Part shown: positions 46,168-56,453 of the stretch, piece by piece | Numbering within the stretch: position 1 is the stretch's first letter | Layout: each line of letters starts with the position of its first letter | Assembly: GCA_902789725.1 (NCBI GenBank) | Contig: CADAPC010000028.1 | Span: 309 to 64,308, forward strand | Length of the DNA: 64,000 nucleotides | Origin: an uncultured Bacteroidales bacterium | Lineage (GTDB): Bacteria; Bacteroidota; Bacteroidia; Bacteroidales; Bacteroidaceae | Direction: 5' to 3' | The notes under the pieces: model-generated | What the model was told of the DNA's origin: nothing | The model's input: the letters and a program-made list of their open reading frames with translations, nothing else | Database searches by the model: none | Translations under genes and position numbers: made by a program

Positions 46168-48108
46168 TTATTCTGACTTCTTTTTCATCCAGTAGGTTTG
46201 TGTAGCCGTACGGAAACCTGCCATCACGATGGTGGATTGACGAGGTGTAGCTTCCCAATCGAGTTCACGAGCTACATTGAGGCTGAAAGTCGTGCCAGAG
46301 ACGGTTATTTTCAGGATATTTTTTTTAGCGTCGAAGATGCCTGTCCCCGTAAAATTTCCCTTGATTGACACAAGATTGTTGCCAACTACAGATTTGGTGA
46401 TGGTCAATTCGGTGGAGGTTTTTTGCTTGCCATACGAATAGGTGAGGTCGATGAGTTCCCAAGTGCCTTCCAAATCTTCAGTGGAAATGGGTGCGTCCTC
46501 TACACCAGCATAACGTTCAGGCGACACCACTGGCCATCCGTCTGATGTCCAGTAAATGCGTCGTACGTGTCCCATCATAATGGCATTCGGTGCCCATTCT
46601 GTGTTGGTGGAATAATCATTGGGTTTACGCCCTTGGCTGCTGAAATACCAATTTCCTTGTCCATCATCCCAAACGGCGCAATGGCTGATGCCCACCCAAC
46701 CATCATGCTCTAACGAGCTATTGAACTGATAGGGATGGGTGAGGATGGGGAATGCATCCCCACCTGCTGTGGTGACATTTGTTCCATTTTTACCTGTATA
46801 AGGGCCATCAATATTTTTTGACCTCACAACACGCGTGTTGTAAGGGACGTCAAGTCCATCGTAAGCCAAGAAGAGGTAGTAATAGCCTGTTTCAGGATTG
46901 TAAATCACCTCGGGGCCTTCTGACCCTTGCCAACGGCTGGATTTATTGCGAGTGGCTATGAGTTTTCCGTACGTGGTTGTTTGCCCTGTGCCTATGTTCC
47001 AAGGATTCCCCACATCTTTGAGCGGTTTGCCCGTTTCCGGGTTCAGTTGGATAGCCGCTATGCCGCTATGCCAAGAACCATAAACGAGCCAATGTTCACC
47101 AGCAGGCGTGATGATGTAAGAGGGATCGATTGCATTGAAACGGGAGTAGGTGTTATTCCAATCGCCCGCTGTGTAGGCATAGGCCGTTTTGCCCTTATCG
47201 GATGCGGAGCATATTACCCCACCCTTGTCAATCCATTTGCCACTGGCAGGATTATCTGTTTCGAGCAAACCAATCCATGCCGCCTCCTGGCTGCTTCCAT
47301 CGGGCGTCCAAGAGTTTGTTTGGGCATTCCAAGCAAGCAGTCCTGTCTTGATTCCCACGCCATCAATGACGACGCTGTAATACATACGGTAGAGATGGTC
47401 GTTGACTTTCCGCATGCAAGGAGCCCAAAAGCCGAGTCCTTGAAGCGTGTTGACCTTGGCGACGCCTCGTTTCTCACGATAGACGTTGACGGAATCGAGC
47501 AACCATGCTGGCCCCACCTCATTGCCATAGCTGTCGGTGTTGATTTTCATGGCCATTGAATTGTTGTAGGTGCTGGCGGGTTCCCAGTTGATTAAGTCCT
47601 TGGAACGACGGACATAGAAATGCCCCTTTCCTCCAGTTGGGTGGCCAAAGCCTGCATCGGTCTGCGACATATAATAATAGCCATCAGCTGCCTTCATCAC
47701 TGTGGGGTCATGCACATTGGCCAACTGCCACTTGCTACGATTATCCCAACCAGCAATGTTGCGATAATCATCAGAATAGATGGGATAAAATTTGCTGTAG
47801 TTCTTATCTTGATAGGCCAGATAGGCTCGCATCAAGGAGTCAGGCGCATAAAAAGTGATGCTATCAATCGCACGAATGAGATAGTTGAAATGTTGTCCAT
47901 CGGCTATAGTGAAACTGAGAGAGTCATTTCTTCCCAGCGTCACAGTGCGATGTACAATGCCCACACGATTGAGATATTCTCCATTGAAAACGGAGGTTTT
48001 ATGCTGCGACTCTTGATGGATGTAAACTTTCTCAGGAAGCTGCTGCACTTGTGCTGTTGCAACAGAGGCCAAGCACAAAGAGGCAATGGTATATATCGAC
48101 TTTTTCAT
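46168..48108 (-). CDS. glycoside hydrolase family 43 (endo-arabinanase-like five-bladed propeller) with N-terminal and C-terminal accessory domains
   Basis: Motifs VHDPTVMKAADGYYY, FWAPCM, AIDPSYII and GSEGPEVIYNPETGYYYLF, plus a signal peptide. 646 aa. Confidence 0.8.
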   Translation of the reverse strand: MKKSIYTIASLCLASVATAQVQQLPEKVYIHQESQHKTSVFNGEYLNRVGIVHRTVTLGRNDSLSFTIADGQHFNYLIRAIDSITFYAPDSLMRAYLAYQDKNYSKFYPIYSDDYRNIAGWDNRSKWQLANVHDPTVMKAADGYYYMSQTDAGFGHPTGGKGHFYVRRSKDLINWEPASTYNNSMAMKINTDSYGNEVGPAWLLDSVNVYREKRGVAKVNTLQGLGFWAPCMRKVNDHLYRMYYSVVIDGVGIKTGLLAWNAQTNSWTPDGSSQEAAWIGLLETDNPASGKWIDKGGVICSASDKGKTAYAYTAGDWNNTYSRFNAIDPSYIITPAGEHWLVYGSWHSGIAAIQLNPETGKPLKDVGNPWNIGTGQTTTYGKLIATRNKSSRWQGSEGPEVIYNPETGYYYLFLAYDGLDVPYNTRVVRSKNIDGPYTGKNGTNVTTAGGDAFPILTHPYQFNSSLEHDGWVGISHCAVWDDGQGNWYFSSQGRKPNDYSTNTEWAPNAIMMGHVRRIYWTSDGWPVVSPERYAGVEDAPISTEDLEGTWELIDLTYSYGKQKTSTELTITKSVVGNNLVSIKGNFTGTGIFDAKKNILKITVSGTTFSLNVARELDWEATPRQSTIVMAGFRTATQTYWMKKKSE

Positions 48109-48109
48109 C

Positions 48110-48622
48110 TTATTTTACAAATAATTTTGCTGATTGACCACCAAGATTAACAATGTAGATACCTTTAGCAAAAGAGGACAGATTCACGCAGTCACCTTCA
48201 GAAACCGTTTGTTCATAAACCATACGGCCATCGAGCTGAGAAATGGTCAGTTTACCCGAACATTGTGTAAGGATTTTCCCTGTGCTGATGGAGAATGTAC
48301 TTTCAGACGAGGTTGTTGAACGCACATCATCAATATCGACTGTTGCATCTGCAAATCGGATGGCAGAGAAATTTGCCAAGTCAAACTCTTTCGAACTTCC
48401 GTCGGAATAATGTGCGGACATACGATTGACATATACAACTGCATCGTCAGCATTTGTCTCGCGGGATTGAGAAAAACTCAGGCTCTGCAAATTGGCAAAG
48501 TCGAGTGATGTAAAACTGTCACCTTCTAACCCGACCAGATAGAGTTCGTAGTTATCGGCCTTAATCGTTTGAAATGCCAAGAAGGAGAACAGCATTACTG
48601 CTAATCTCTGATTTATTTTCAT
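48110..48622 (-). CDS. small secreted protein with a T9SS C-terminal sorting domain
   Basis: Signal peptide and a C-terminal ...LSSFAKGIYIVNLGGQSAKLFVK, typical of Por-secretion tails. The stop lies 1 nt before the GH43 ATG. Confidence 0.7.
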   Translation of the reverse strand: MKINQRLAVMLFSFLAFQTIKADNYELYLVGLEGDSFTSLDFANLQSLSFSQSRETNADDAVVYVNRMSAHYSDGSSKEFDLANFSAIRFADATVDIDDVRSTTSSESTFSISTGKILTQCSGKLTISQLDGRMVYEQTVSEGDCVNLSSFAKGIYIVNLGGQSAKLFVK

Positions 48623-48654
48623 AAATGGATAAATTATAAAAAGGTTTTGATATG

Positions 48655-48662
48655 CAAAACTA
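48655..48662 (-). promoter_or_regulatory. candidate -7 box (TAGTTTTG on the minus strand) for the T9SS-CTD/GH43 pair
   Basis: The plus strand reads CAAAACTA, 33 nt upstream of the ATG at 48622. Confidence 0.35.
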
Positions 48663-48746
48663 ATAAATATTTATGACATAACACTAATTAATTCATGCCA
48701 AAATAGCCAAAGTAAATAAAAAAGAGCGATTGGGGGCACCGAATAA

Positions 48747-48780
48747 CAAAAAAAGACCGCACACAATAACGTGTACGGTC
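48747..48780 (-). terminator. terminator after rplQ (end of the alpha operon)
   Basis: Hairpin GACCGCACAC...GTGTACGGTC (48755-48780) with one mismatch. A T-run follows on the minus strand (plus-strand A8 at 48747-48754). Confidence 0.55.
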
Positions 48781-48805
48781 TGCAAGATATGTTTTTGGCA
48801 ATATG

Positions 48806-49348
48806 CTACTCTGCAGGTGTTTCTGCTGCTGGAGCTTCAGCGACCGGAGTTTCAGCGGCCGGAGTTTCAGCTGCGGGGGCTTCTTCTGTGGCAGAGGCTT
48901 CGGTTGGTGCTTCAGTTGCTTCGGCTTTGGGAGCTGATTTACGAGAACGACGAGTGCGAGTCTTTTTGACTTCGCTCTTTGCCATATTCTCATTGAAGTC
49001 AACAAGTTCGATGAATGCCATTTCTGCGTCATCTGAAGGGCGGTTACCCAGTTTGATAATACGCGTGTAACCTCCTTCACGGTCGGCCACTTTTGTAGCA
49101 ATTGTGCTGAAGAGTTCAGTGATGGCGTACTTGTTCTGGAGGTAGCTAAACACAACACGACGAGAGTGTGTCGTATCCTCCTTTGACTTAGTAATCAGCG
49201 GCTCAACATATACACGAAGAGCCTTTGCCTTGGGTAGCGTAGTTGTGATTCTCTTGTGCATGATAAGAGAAATCGCCATGTTGGCAAGCATTGCCTTACG
49301 GTGAGAGTGCTTGCGGCCAAGGTGGTTAAATTTCTTATTGTGTCTCAT
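48806..49348 (-). CDS. rplQ: 50S ribosomal protein L17 with an A/E/T/P-rich C-terminal extension
   Basis: [25 protein letters not shown]... is canonical L17. The last 50 aa or so are low-complexity ([38 protein letters not shown]). Confidence 0.95.
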   Translation of the reverse strand: MRHNKKFNHLGRKHSHRKAMLANMAISLIMHKRITTTLPKAKALRVYVEPLITKSKEDTTHSRRVVFSYLQNKYAITELFSTIATKVADREGGYTRIIKLGNRPSDDAEMAFIELVDFNENMAKSEVKKTRTRRSRKSAPKAEATEAPTEASATEEAPAAETPAAETPVAEAPAAETPAE

Positions 49349-49355
49349 TTTTTGA

Positions 49356-50273
49356 TTAGTCTTTGTCTAATTTATACTTGGAAATATCTGTTCCGAACGA
49401 AAGGTTCAAGCTCTCAAGCAAGTCGTCAAGCTCTGTGAGTGACTTCTTACCAAAGTTGCGGAACTTAAGCAAGTCTGTTTTGTTGAATTGTACGAGGTCG
49501 CCAAGAGTCTCAACATCGGCTGCCTTCAAACAGTTGAGGGCACGAACAGAGAGATTCATATCGACAAGTTTGGTCTTCAGCAACTGACGCATACGCAATA
49601 CTTCCTCATCGAATTCCTCATTACCATCAAAGTCAGAATTCTCAAGCGTAATCTTTTCGTCAGAGAAGAGCATGAGGTGGTAAATGAGTATCTTAGATGC
49701 TTCTTTAAGAGCTTCTTTGGGATGAATAGAACCATCGGTAGTGATTTCAAGAACCAACTTTTCATAGTCGGTCTTCTGAGCCACACGGTAGTTCTCTACT
49801 GCGAACTTGACGTTGCGAATTGGAGTGTAGATCGAGTCAATGGCGATGTCGTTAATTTCCTTGCAGAACTCGCGGTTCTCGTCAGCAGGAACATATCCAC
49901 GACCTTTGTTGATACTCAACTCCATCTCCAAGGTTGCCTGAGGATCCAAATGACAAATTACCAAATCTGGGTTTAACACTCCAAATCCACTGAGGTACTT
50001 GTTGATATCTCCAGCCTTAAACTCGGTTGAAAAGATAATGTTGGTAACATCCTCCTTTACCCCTGGGATAGTGGAGAACTCATGCTCAACACCCGCAATG
50101 CGGATAGTGTTGATGGCATAGCCCTCCAGAGATGAAAGAAGAATGCGGCGGAGAGGATTACCGATGGTAATACCATAACCTGGCTCCAACGGACGGAATT
50201 CAAACTTACCGTACTTGTCGTCAGCCTCCAACATTACTACTTTTTCTGGTTTTTGAAATGCTAATATTGCCAT
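49356..50273 (-). CDS. rpoA: DNA-directed RNA polymerase subunit alpha (305 aa, shorter than the canonical ~330)
   Basis: [12 protein letters not shown]...[11 protein letters not shown]...[10 protein letters not shown]...[19 protein letters not shown]...NFGKKSLTE. About 22-25 residues appear to be missing after EDVTNII when aligned to E. coli RpoA from memory. Confidence 0.9.
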   Translation of the reverse strand: MAILAFQKPEKVVMLEADDKYGKFEFRPLEPGYGITIGNPLRRILLSSLEGYAINTIRIAGVEHEFSTIPGVKEDVTNIIFSTEFKAGDINKYLSGFGVLNPDLVICHLDPQATLEMELSINKGRGYVPADENREFCKEINDIAIDSIYTPIRNVKFAVENYRVAQKTDYEKLVLEITTDGSIHPKEALKEASKILIYHLMLFSDEKITLENSDFDGNEEFDEEVLRMRQLLKTKLVDMNLSVRALNCLKAADVETLGDLVQFNKTDLLKFRNFGKKSLTELDDLLESLNLSFGTDISKYKLDKD

Positions 50274-50284
50274 TTGTTTAAATT

Positions 50285-50890
50285 TTATTTAGAGTACAAC
50301 TCGACAATCATCTGCTCCTTGATATTTTCTGGAATGTCTGCACGCTCTGGCATGTGAAGGAACTTACCACCCTTGATGTTCTCGTCCCATTCAATCCAGG
50401 GATACTTGCTGTGATTGAAACCAGAAAGTGATGCGTCTATCACTTCAAGACTCTTTGCCTTCTCGCGCACAGAAATCACCTGACCTGGCTGAACGCTATA
50501 AGAAGGGATGTTCACAACCTGACCGTCAACAACAATGTGCTTGTGGCTCACAAGTTGACGAGCAGCAGCGCGAGTGGGTGCAATACCAAGACGGAACACA
50601 ACATTGTCAAGACGAGATTCGAGAAGCTGAAGGAGGATTTCACCTGTAACGCCAGACTTTTTGGCAGCCTTTTCAAAAAGGTTGCGGAACTGACGCTCAA
50701 GCACTCCATAGGTGTACTTTGCCTTCTGCTTTTCAGCAAGCATGAGACCGTACTCTGAAGACTTTTTGCGACGGTTGTTGCCATGCTGACCAGGAGCATA
50801 ATTCTTTTTAGACAAAACTTTGTCTGGTCCAAAGATTGCCTCGCCAAAACGACGAGAAATTCTTGATTTTGGTCCAATATATCTAGCCAT
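50285..50890 (-). CDS. rpsD: 30S ribosomal protein S4
   Basis: [21 protein letters not shown]... and the S4 domain [27 protein letters not shown]. Confidence 0.95.
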   Translation of the reverse strand: MARYIGPKSRISRRFGEAIFGPDKVLSKKNYAPGQHGNNRRKKSSEYGLMLAEKQKAKYTYGVLERQFRNLFEKAAKKSGVTGEILLQLLESRLDNVVFRLGIAPTRAAARQLVSHKHIVVDGQVVNIPSYSVQPGQVISVREKAKSLEVIDASLSGFNHSKYPWIEWDENIKGGKFLHMPERADIPENIKEQMIVELYSK

Positions 50891-50992
50891 ATATTTCTTT
50901 AATGTTTTATTGCCATGCGGTTCTCAGCAGCAGCCGCAGAAAGGAAAGATGCGACAAAACGAACTCATCGGCAAATGACATAATTGTAATGA

Positions 50993-51382
50993 TTAAACTC
51001 TTCTTCTTTTGGGAGGACGACATCCGTTGTGAGGAAGTGGAGTAACATCTATAATCTCAGTCACTTCGATTCCTGCAGCATGACATCCGCGCACAGCAGC
51101 TTCACGACCGTTGCCTGGACCTTTGATGTAAGCCTTCACTTTACGGAGACCAAGGTCGAAAGCAACTTTGGCACAATCCTGAGCAGCCATCTGAGCAGCA
51201 TAAGGAGTGTTCTTTTTCGAGCCACGGAAACCCATCTTACCGGCAGCAGACCAAGAGATAACATTACCTTCACTGTTAGCTAAAGTAACAATGATGTTGT
51301 TGAAAGAAGAGTGTACATGAAGCTGACCCTCAGCGGTTACCTTAACGTTTCTCTTCTTTGCTGAAGTTGTTTTCTTTGCCAT
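50993..51382 (-). CDS. rpsK: 30S ribosomal protein S11
   Basis: ...[30 protein letters not shown]...[16 protein letters not shown]. Confidence 0.95.
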   Translation of the reverse strand: MAKKTTSAKKRNVKVTAEGQLHVHSSFNNIIVTLANSEGNVISWSAAGKMGFRGSKKNTPYAAQMAAQDCAKVAFDLGLRKVKAYIKGPGNGREAAVRGCHAAGIEVTEIIDVTPLPHNGCRPPKRRRV

Positions 51383-51392
51383 ATCCTAATGA

Positions 51393-51773
51393 TTATTTAG
51401 TAGCCTTTTTCTTGTTTGCAACTGTTTTCTTCTTACCCTTACGAGTACGTGCATTGTTCTTTGTACTCTGGCCACGTACAGGAAGGCCAAGACGATGACG
51501 GATGCCGCGATAGCAACCAATGTCCATCAAGCGCTTAATGTTCAGCTGAATTTCAGAGCGAAGGTCACCCTCCACTTTGTAATCAGCCGCAATCACGGCA
51601 CGAATTTTACCAGCCTGTTCATCGTTCCAGTCTTTTACCTTAATGTCTTTATCAACGCCAGCCTTTTCAAGGATTTTACCAGCGCTGCTACGCCCAATAC
51701 CAAAAATGTATGTGAGCGCAATTTCACCTCTCTTGTTCTGTGGGAGGTCTACACCTACAATTCTTATTGCCAT
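51393..51773 (-). CDS. rpsM: 30S ribosomal protein S13
   Basis: [27 protein letters not shown]...[15 protein letters not shown]. Confidence 0.95.
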   Translation of the reverse strand: MAIRIVGVDLPQNKRGEIALTYIFGIGRSSAGKILEKAGVDKDIKVKDWNDEQAGKIRAVIAADYKVEGDLRSEIQLNIKRLMDIGCYRGIRHRLGLPVRGQSTKNNARTRKGKKKTVANKKKATK

Positions 51774-51806
51774 ATCTTACTTAAATTTCAATTTCTTACC
51801 AAAGAA

Positions 51807-51923
51807 TTATCCTTGACGCATCTTGTACTTAGGATTCTTCTTGTTAATAACAAACAGACGACCTTTACGTCTTACGATTACGCAATCAGGTGTACGTTTC
51901 TTCAATGATGCTCTTGTTTTCAT
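51807..51923 (-). CDS. rpmJ: 50S ribosomal protein L36
   Basis: Not in the ORF track because it is shorter than 60 aa. The reverse complement translates to [38 protein letters not shown], between infA and rpsM. Confidence 0.9.
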   Translation of the reverse strand: MKTRASLKKRTPDCVIVRRKGRLFVINKKNPKYKMRQG

Positions 51924-51932
51924 ATTGTGATT

Positions 51933-52151
51933 TTATTTATATCTAAATACTATTCGCCCTTTGGAAAGGTCGTATGGAGACATCTCCACCCGAATCTTGT
52001 CGCCTGGTAGAATCTTGATGTAATGCATCCTCATCTTGCCAGAGATATGAGCGATAATCTCATGACCATTTTCCAATTCAACTCGAAACATTGCATTTGA
52101 CAATGCCTCGACAATCGTTCCGTCTTGTTCTATAGCAGACTGTTTAGCCAT
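51933..52151 (-). CDS. infA: translation initiation factor IF-1
   Basis: [72 protein letters not shown]. Confidence 0.95.
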   Translation of the reverse strand: MAKQSAIEQDGTIVEALSNAMFRVELENGHEIIAHISGKMRMHYIKILPGDKIRVEMSPYDLSKGRIVFRYK

Positions 52152-52154
52152 ACT

Positions 52155-52964
52155 TTATAAAGATTTTTCACTTAAAACTTTTTCAATTTCTTCAAACGAC
52201 GAGAGGATGTCCGCCTTGCCCTTACGCACACATATTGAATGCTCGAAATGAGCAGCGGGCTTTTTATCTCTTGTGACAATACCCCAATGATCTGTTTGCA
52301 TATAGATTTCTTTATGTCCCATTGTAATCATGGGTTCAATCGCTATACAAAGACCATTCTTGAGCAGCATTCCGTTTCCACGTTTCCCATAATTAGGCAC
52401 TTGCGGATCTTCATGCATCTTTTTGCCAATGCCATGTCCCACAAACTCTCGAACTACACCATAGCCTTGAGCTTCGCAATGGGACTGAACTGCGTATGAT
52501 ATGTCTCCCAATCTGTGACCGACAACAGCTTGCTCAATACCCTTATAGAGCGCCTCTTTTGTCGTTTTCAGCAACTGCTGGACATCTGGTGAAATATTGC
52601 CAACTGCAAATGTATAGCAAGAATCACCGCAATATCCATTCAGCTGAGTGCCACAATCGATTGACACTATATCGCCTTCCTGCAAGGGCGTATCATTGGG
52701 TATGCCATGCACTACCTGATGGTTGACCGAAGTACAGATGCTGGCGGGAAATGGTGCTCCATTTGGATTTGGAAATCCCAAGAAAGTGGGAATTGCACCA
52801 TGATCGCGAATGAATGTGTCAGCAATTTCGTTCAACTGCTTTGTTGTGACACCTGGCTCTATCACTTTCGCCAGCTCAGCCAACGTCAGGCCGACAAGCA
52901 GATTAGCTTTTCTAAGAAGTTCTACCTCTTCGTCAGTTTTAAGATATACCATCTTATGAAGCAC
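52155..52964 (-). CDS. map: type I methionine aminopeptidase
   Basis: Metal-ligand context DIVSIDCG, FVGHGIG and IEPM. The start may instead be the ATG at 52952 (MVYLKTDEE). Confidence 0.9.
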   Translation of the reverse strand: MLHKMVYLKTDEEVELLRKANLLVGLTLAELAKVIEPGVTTKQLNEIADTFIRDHGAIPTFLGFPNPNGAPFPASICTSVNHQVVHGIPNDTPLQEGDIVSIDCGTQLNGYCGDSCYTFAVGNISPDVQQLLKTTKEALYKGIEQAVVGHRLGDISYAVQSHCEAQGYGVVREFVGHGIGKKMHEDPQVPNYGKRGNGMLLKNGLCIAIEPMITMGHKEIYMQTDHWGIVTRDKKPAAHFEHSICVRKGKADILSSFEEIEKVLSEKSL

Positions 52965-52967
52965 TGC

Positions 52968-54320
52968 TTAATGTTCGCCACGAACACGACCCGTGTCTAA
53001 CAATCCATCGTAATGACGCATCATCAGATGAGATTCAATCTGCATAAGTGTGTCAAGTACTACACCTACAAGAATCAAGAGCGAAGTACCACCAAAAAAT
53101 GCGGCAAACTCTCTCTGCACTCCGAAGAGTCCAGCAAAAGCTGGCAGGATGGCAATGATTGCCAAGAACAACGAGCCAGGGAACGTTATGCGAGACATAA
53201 TCTTGTCAATATAGTCTGCTGTATCCTTGCCAGGTTTAACACCAGGGATAAAGCCATTGTTCCGTTTCATGTCTTCAGCCATCTGCACTGGGTTGATTGT
53301 GATAGCTGTGTACAAATAAGTAAACAGAATGATCAATACAGCAAAGATGAGATTATACAAGAAACTATCATTGTCCACCAATTGCATCACAACAGGGTTC
53401 AACTTACTCCCGGAGAACTGAGCCAAAGTGACAGGGATAAACATGATTGCCTGAGCAAAGATGATAGGCATCACATTGGCTGCGTATGGCTTGAGAGGAA
53501 TGTACTGACGAGCACCTCCAATCTGTCGAGCACCTGCTATCTTTTTTGCGTAGTTAACCGGCACCTGGCGAACGCCTTGTACGAGGAGTATTGCGGCTGC
53601 AATGACAGCAAGGAACAACACAATCTCAACGAGGAACATAATCAGTCCTCCGTGGCCAGCGTGCAAACGAGAGTCCCATTCTTGAGAAACAGCAGTAGGA
53701 AAGCGTGCAATGATACCAATCATGATGATGATAGAAACACCATTTCCAATACCCCTGTCTGTGATACGCTCGCCAAGCCAAAGGACAAACATGCTACCTG
53801 CAGCCAATATAACAGTTGCATACAGATAGAACATGAACCAATCCAAAGATGCATAAAGAGCTGTACCATTAGTTTGTGTCTTCAGGTTCATCAAATAGAA
53901 GAAACCTTGAAACAGCAAGATTGGCACAGTCAAATAGCGAGTGTACTGACTCATTTTGCGGCGACCGCTTTCTCCTTCACGCTGCATCTTCTGAAAATAG
54001 GGAACAGCTATGCCCAACAACTGCATCACGATTGATGCAGAGATGTAAGGCATGATTCCTAACGCAAAGATGGAAGCCTTAGAGAATGCACCGCCAGAGA
54101 ACATATCAAGCAGAGACATCAAGCCACCTTCTGTCTGATTACGCAAACCCTGCAATGCTTCAGTATCAATGCCAGGGAGCACAACATAAGACCCAAAACG
54201 ATAAATGGCAACAAACAACAGCGTGATGAGGATGCGCGAACGCAAATCCTCAATACGCCAGATGTTTGTCAATGTCTTGACAAGCTTGATATTCAGAAAT
54301 TTATCAATAGCTTTTCCCAT
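52968..54320 (-). CDS. secY: preprotein translocase subunit SecY
   Basis: A 10-TM protein with IFALGIMPYISASIVMQLL, in the canonical position after rplO. Confidence 0.95.
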   Translation of the reverse strand: MGKAIDKFLNIKLVKTLTNIWRIEDLRSRILITLLFVAIYRFGSYVVLPGIDTEALQGLRNQTEGGLMSLLDMFSGGAFSKASIFALGIMPYISASIVMQLLGIAVPYFQKMQREGESGRRKMSQYTRYLTVPILLFQGFFYLMNLKTQTNGTALYASLDWFMFYLYATVILAAGSMFVLWLGERITDRGIGNGVSIIIMIGIIARFPTAVSQEWDSRLHAGHGGLIMFLVEIVLFLAVIAAAILLVQGVRQVPVNYAKKIAGARQIGGARQYIPLKPYAANVMPIIFAQAIMFIPVTLAQFSGSKLNPVVMQLVDNDSFLYNLIFAVLIILFTYLYTAITINPVQMAEDMKRNNGFIPGVKPGKDTADYIDKIMSRITFPGSLFLAIIAILPAFAGLFGVQREFAAFFGGTSLLILVGVVLDTLMQIESHLMMRHYDGLLDTGRVRGEH

Positions 54321-54324
54321 TAGT

Positions 54325-54771
54325 TTAGAGTTTTACAGCGTTTCCGCCCTTTTCTTTGATGGCAGCCTCTGCCGTAGCGGAGAATGCATGAGCTTCCACA
54401 TCGACCTTGGCTTTGAGTTCACCCTTACCAAGAATCTTCACTAATTGATTCTTCTTCAGCCAACCTGCAGCAATCAGTTCTTCCACACCAACCTTGGTGA
54501 GATTTTTCTCATCTACAAGTTTCTGAATGAAGTCAAGGTTCACGGCCTTATATTCAACACGATTGATGTTCTTAAAGCCGAACTTAGGAACACGGCGCTG
54601 AAGTGGCATCTGACCACCTTCGAAACCAATCTTCTTTTTATAGCCAGAACGTGCTTTAGCACCCTTATGACCACGAGTAGAAGTGCGGCCTTTGCCAGAG
54701 CCGTATCCGCGACCTACACGTTTTCCATTGTGGGTTGCACCTGCAGCGGGTTTCAAATTATATAATTCCAT
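54325..54771 (-). CDS. rplO: 50S ribosomal protein L15
   Basis: MELYNLKPAAGATHNGKRVGRGYGSGKGRTSTRGHKGAKARSG. Confidence 0.95.
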   Translation of the reverse strand: MELYNLKPAAGATHNGKRVGRGYGSGKGRTSTRGHKGAKARSGYKKKIGFEGGQMPLQRRVPKFGFKNINRVEYKAVNLDFIQKLVDEKNLTKVGVEELIAAGWLKKNQLVKILGKGELKAKVDVEAHAFSATAEAAIKEKGGNAVKL

Positions 54772-54801
54772 TTTAGATCTTAATTTAATTGTGTTAATAC
54801 G

Positions 54802-54978
54802 TTAGTCAATAACCTCAACAAGGTGTGCCACCTTGCGAATCATACCACGCAAAGATGGAGAATCCTCACGCTCAACGACCTTGTTGATTTTACCAAGGCC
54901 CAAAGACTCAAGAGTCTTCTTCTGGTCAATTGGACGACCAGCCTGACCTTTTACCTGCTTTATCTTGATTGTTGCCAT
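54802..54978 (-). CDS. rpmD: 50S ribosomal protein L30
   Basis: Not in the ORF track because it is shorter than 60 aa. The reverse complement translates to MATIKIKQVKGQAGRPIDQKKTLESLGLGKINKVVEREDSPSLRGMIRKVAHLVEVID. Confidence 0.9.
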   Translation of the reverse strand: MATIKIKQVKGQAGRPIDQKKTLESLGLGKINKVVEREDSPSLRGMIRKVAHLVEVID

Positions 54979-54990
54979 GATTTATTCTCT

Positions 54991-55500
54991 TTATCCTTTG
55001 AATACTTTAGTCAAATTAACACCACGGTTCTGTGCTACAGTCTTTGGGTCACGCATGTTAGCAAGAGCTTCAATAGTAGCCTTCACAAGGTTGTGAGGAT
55101 TTGAAGATCCCTTGGACTTAGCGAGCACGTCAGTTATGCCTATGCTCTCAAACACTGCACGCATAGCACCACCAGCAACCACTCCAGTACCTTCTGAAGC
55201 TGGCATGATAAGCACGCGAGCACCACCAAACTTAGCGTAAGCCTCATGCGGCACGGTGCCCTTCAGCACTGGAACCTTTACTAAATTCTTCTTAGCAGCC
55301 TCTACGCCCTTTGCAATAGCTGCTGTCACTTCACCAGCTTTACCAAGACCATAGCCAATAACACCGTTACCATCACCTACAACAACGATGGCAGCGAATG
55401 TGAATGTACGACCACCCTTAGTAACCTTAGTAACACGATTAATAGCAACCAAGCGGTCTTTAAGCTCGGCATCGTTTTGTACTTTAACTCTATTTACCAT
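54991..55500 (-). CDS. rpsE: 30S ribosomal protein S5
   Basis: [30 protein letters not shown]...[13 protein letters not shown]. Confidence 0.95.
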   Translation of the reverse strand: MVNRVKVQNDAELKDRLVAINRVTKVTKGGRTFTFAAIVVVGDGNGVIGYGLGKAGEVTAAIAKGVEAAKKNLVKVPVLKGTVPHEAYAKFGGARVLIMPASEGTGVVAGGAMRAVFESIGITDVLAKSKGSSNPHNLVKATIEALANMRDPKTVAQNRGVNLTKVFKG

Positions 55501-55508
55501 AATCGTAT

Positions 55509-55850
55509 TTAAAATTTAAGTCCAGCATTACGGGCAGCGTCAGCCACCTTCTTAACTCTACCATGATACAGATAACCGTTACGGTCGAACACTACAGCTG
55601 TAATACCAGCCTCAAGTGCTTTCTTGGCGACCATTTCGCCCACTTTCTCAGCCTGCTCCGACTTGTTCATTTTCTCGAGACCGAGTGATGAAGCAGAAAC
55701 AAGCGTCTTCTGAGCATTGTCGTCAATTACCTGCACGTAAATCTGCTTATTACTTCTGAACACACTCATACGTGGACGTTCAGCAGTACCAGAAATCTTA
55801 TTGCGTACTCTATATTTAATCTTGATACGTCTTTCAATCTTTGTAATCAT
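55509..55850 (-). CDS. rplR: 50S ribosomal protein L18
   Basis: [20 protein letters not shown]...[28 protein letters not shown]. Confidence 0.95.
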   Translation of the reverse strand: MITKIERRIKIKYRVRNKISGTAERPRMSVFRSNKQIYVQVIDDNAQKTLVSASSLGLEKMNKSEQAEKVGEMVAKKALEAGITAVVFDRNGYLYHGRVKKVADAARNAGLKF

Positions 55851-55867
55851 ACTCTAATCAATTTTAA

Positions 55868-56437
55868 TTATTTAGCACTTGCAGACTTACCAGACTTTCT
55901 TCTAATCACTTCACCCTGGAAGCGAATACCCTTACCCTTATAAGGTTCAGGCTTGCGGAAAGTACGAATCTTAGCACAAACGAGTCCCAGCAACTGCTTG
56001 TCGCATGACTCGAGCATGATAAGAGGATCCTGGTTTCTCTCCGACTTAGTTTCGACTTTAATCTCCTTAGGAAGAACGAAAATAATCGCATGAGAATAGC
56101 CCAGTGCGAACTCAAGAACATTGCCCTGATTTGAAACACGATAACCTACACCGACAATCTGAAGAGTCTTCTTGTAACCTTCAGACACACCGATGACCAT
56201 GTTGTTAACAAGAGAGCGGTACAGGCCATGAAATGCGTGGCGCTGCTTTGTATTATCCTGCATCAGTTCTTCGTTCTCCTCCATTGTCAACTTGCCGTCC
56301 TCGATAGAAACCTTGATTGCAGGGTTTACATACTGGCTGAGTTCGCCTTTAGGACCTTTTACAGTTACAATGTCATCCTTATGAGTTACTGTGACTCCTG
56401 CAGGAATAATAATAGGTAATTTACCAATTCTAGACAT
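55868..56437 (-). CDS. rplF: 50S ribosomal protein L6
   Basis: MSRIGKLPIIIPAGVTVTHKDDIVTVKGPKGEL...EPYKGKGIRF. Confidence 0.95.
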   Translation of the reverse strand: MSRIGKLPIIIPAGVTVTHKDDIVTVKGPKGELSQYVNPAIKVSIEDGKLTMEENEELMQDNTKQRHAFHGLYRSLVNNMVIGVSEGYKKTLQIVGVGYRVSNQGNVLEFALGYSHAIIFVLPKEIKVETKSERNQDPLIMLESCDKQLLGLVCAKIRTFRKPEPYKGKGIRFQGEVIRRKSGKSASAK

Positions 56438-56453
56438 TATATATCCTCCTTAA

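Noticed and set aside
46061-46258. 65-aa minus-strand ORF between the GH43 and FAS1 genes
   Set aside because: It overlaps the GH43 3' end out of frame and spans the strong terminator hairpin (46091-46130). It is not a plausible gene.
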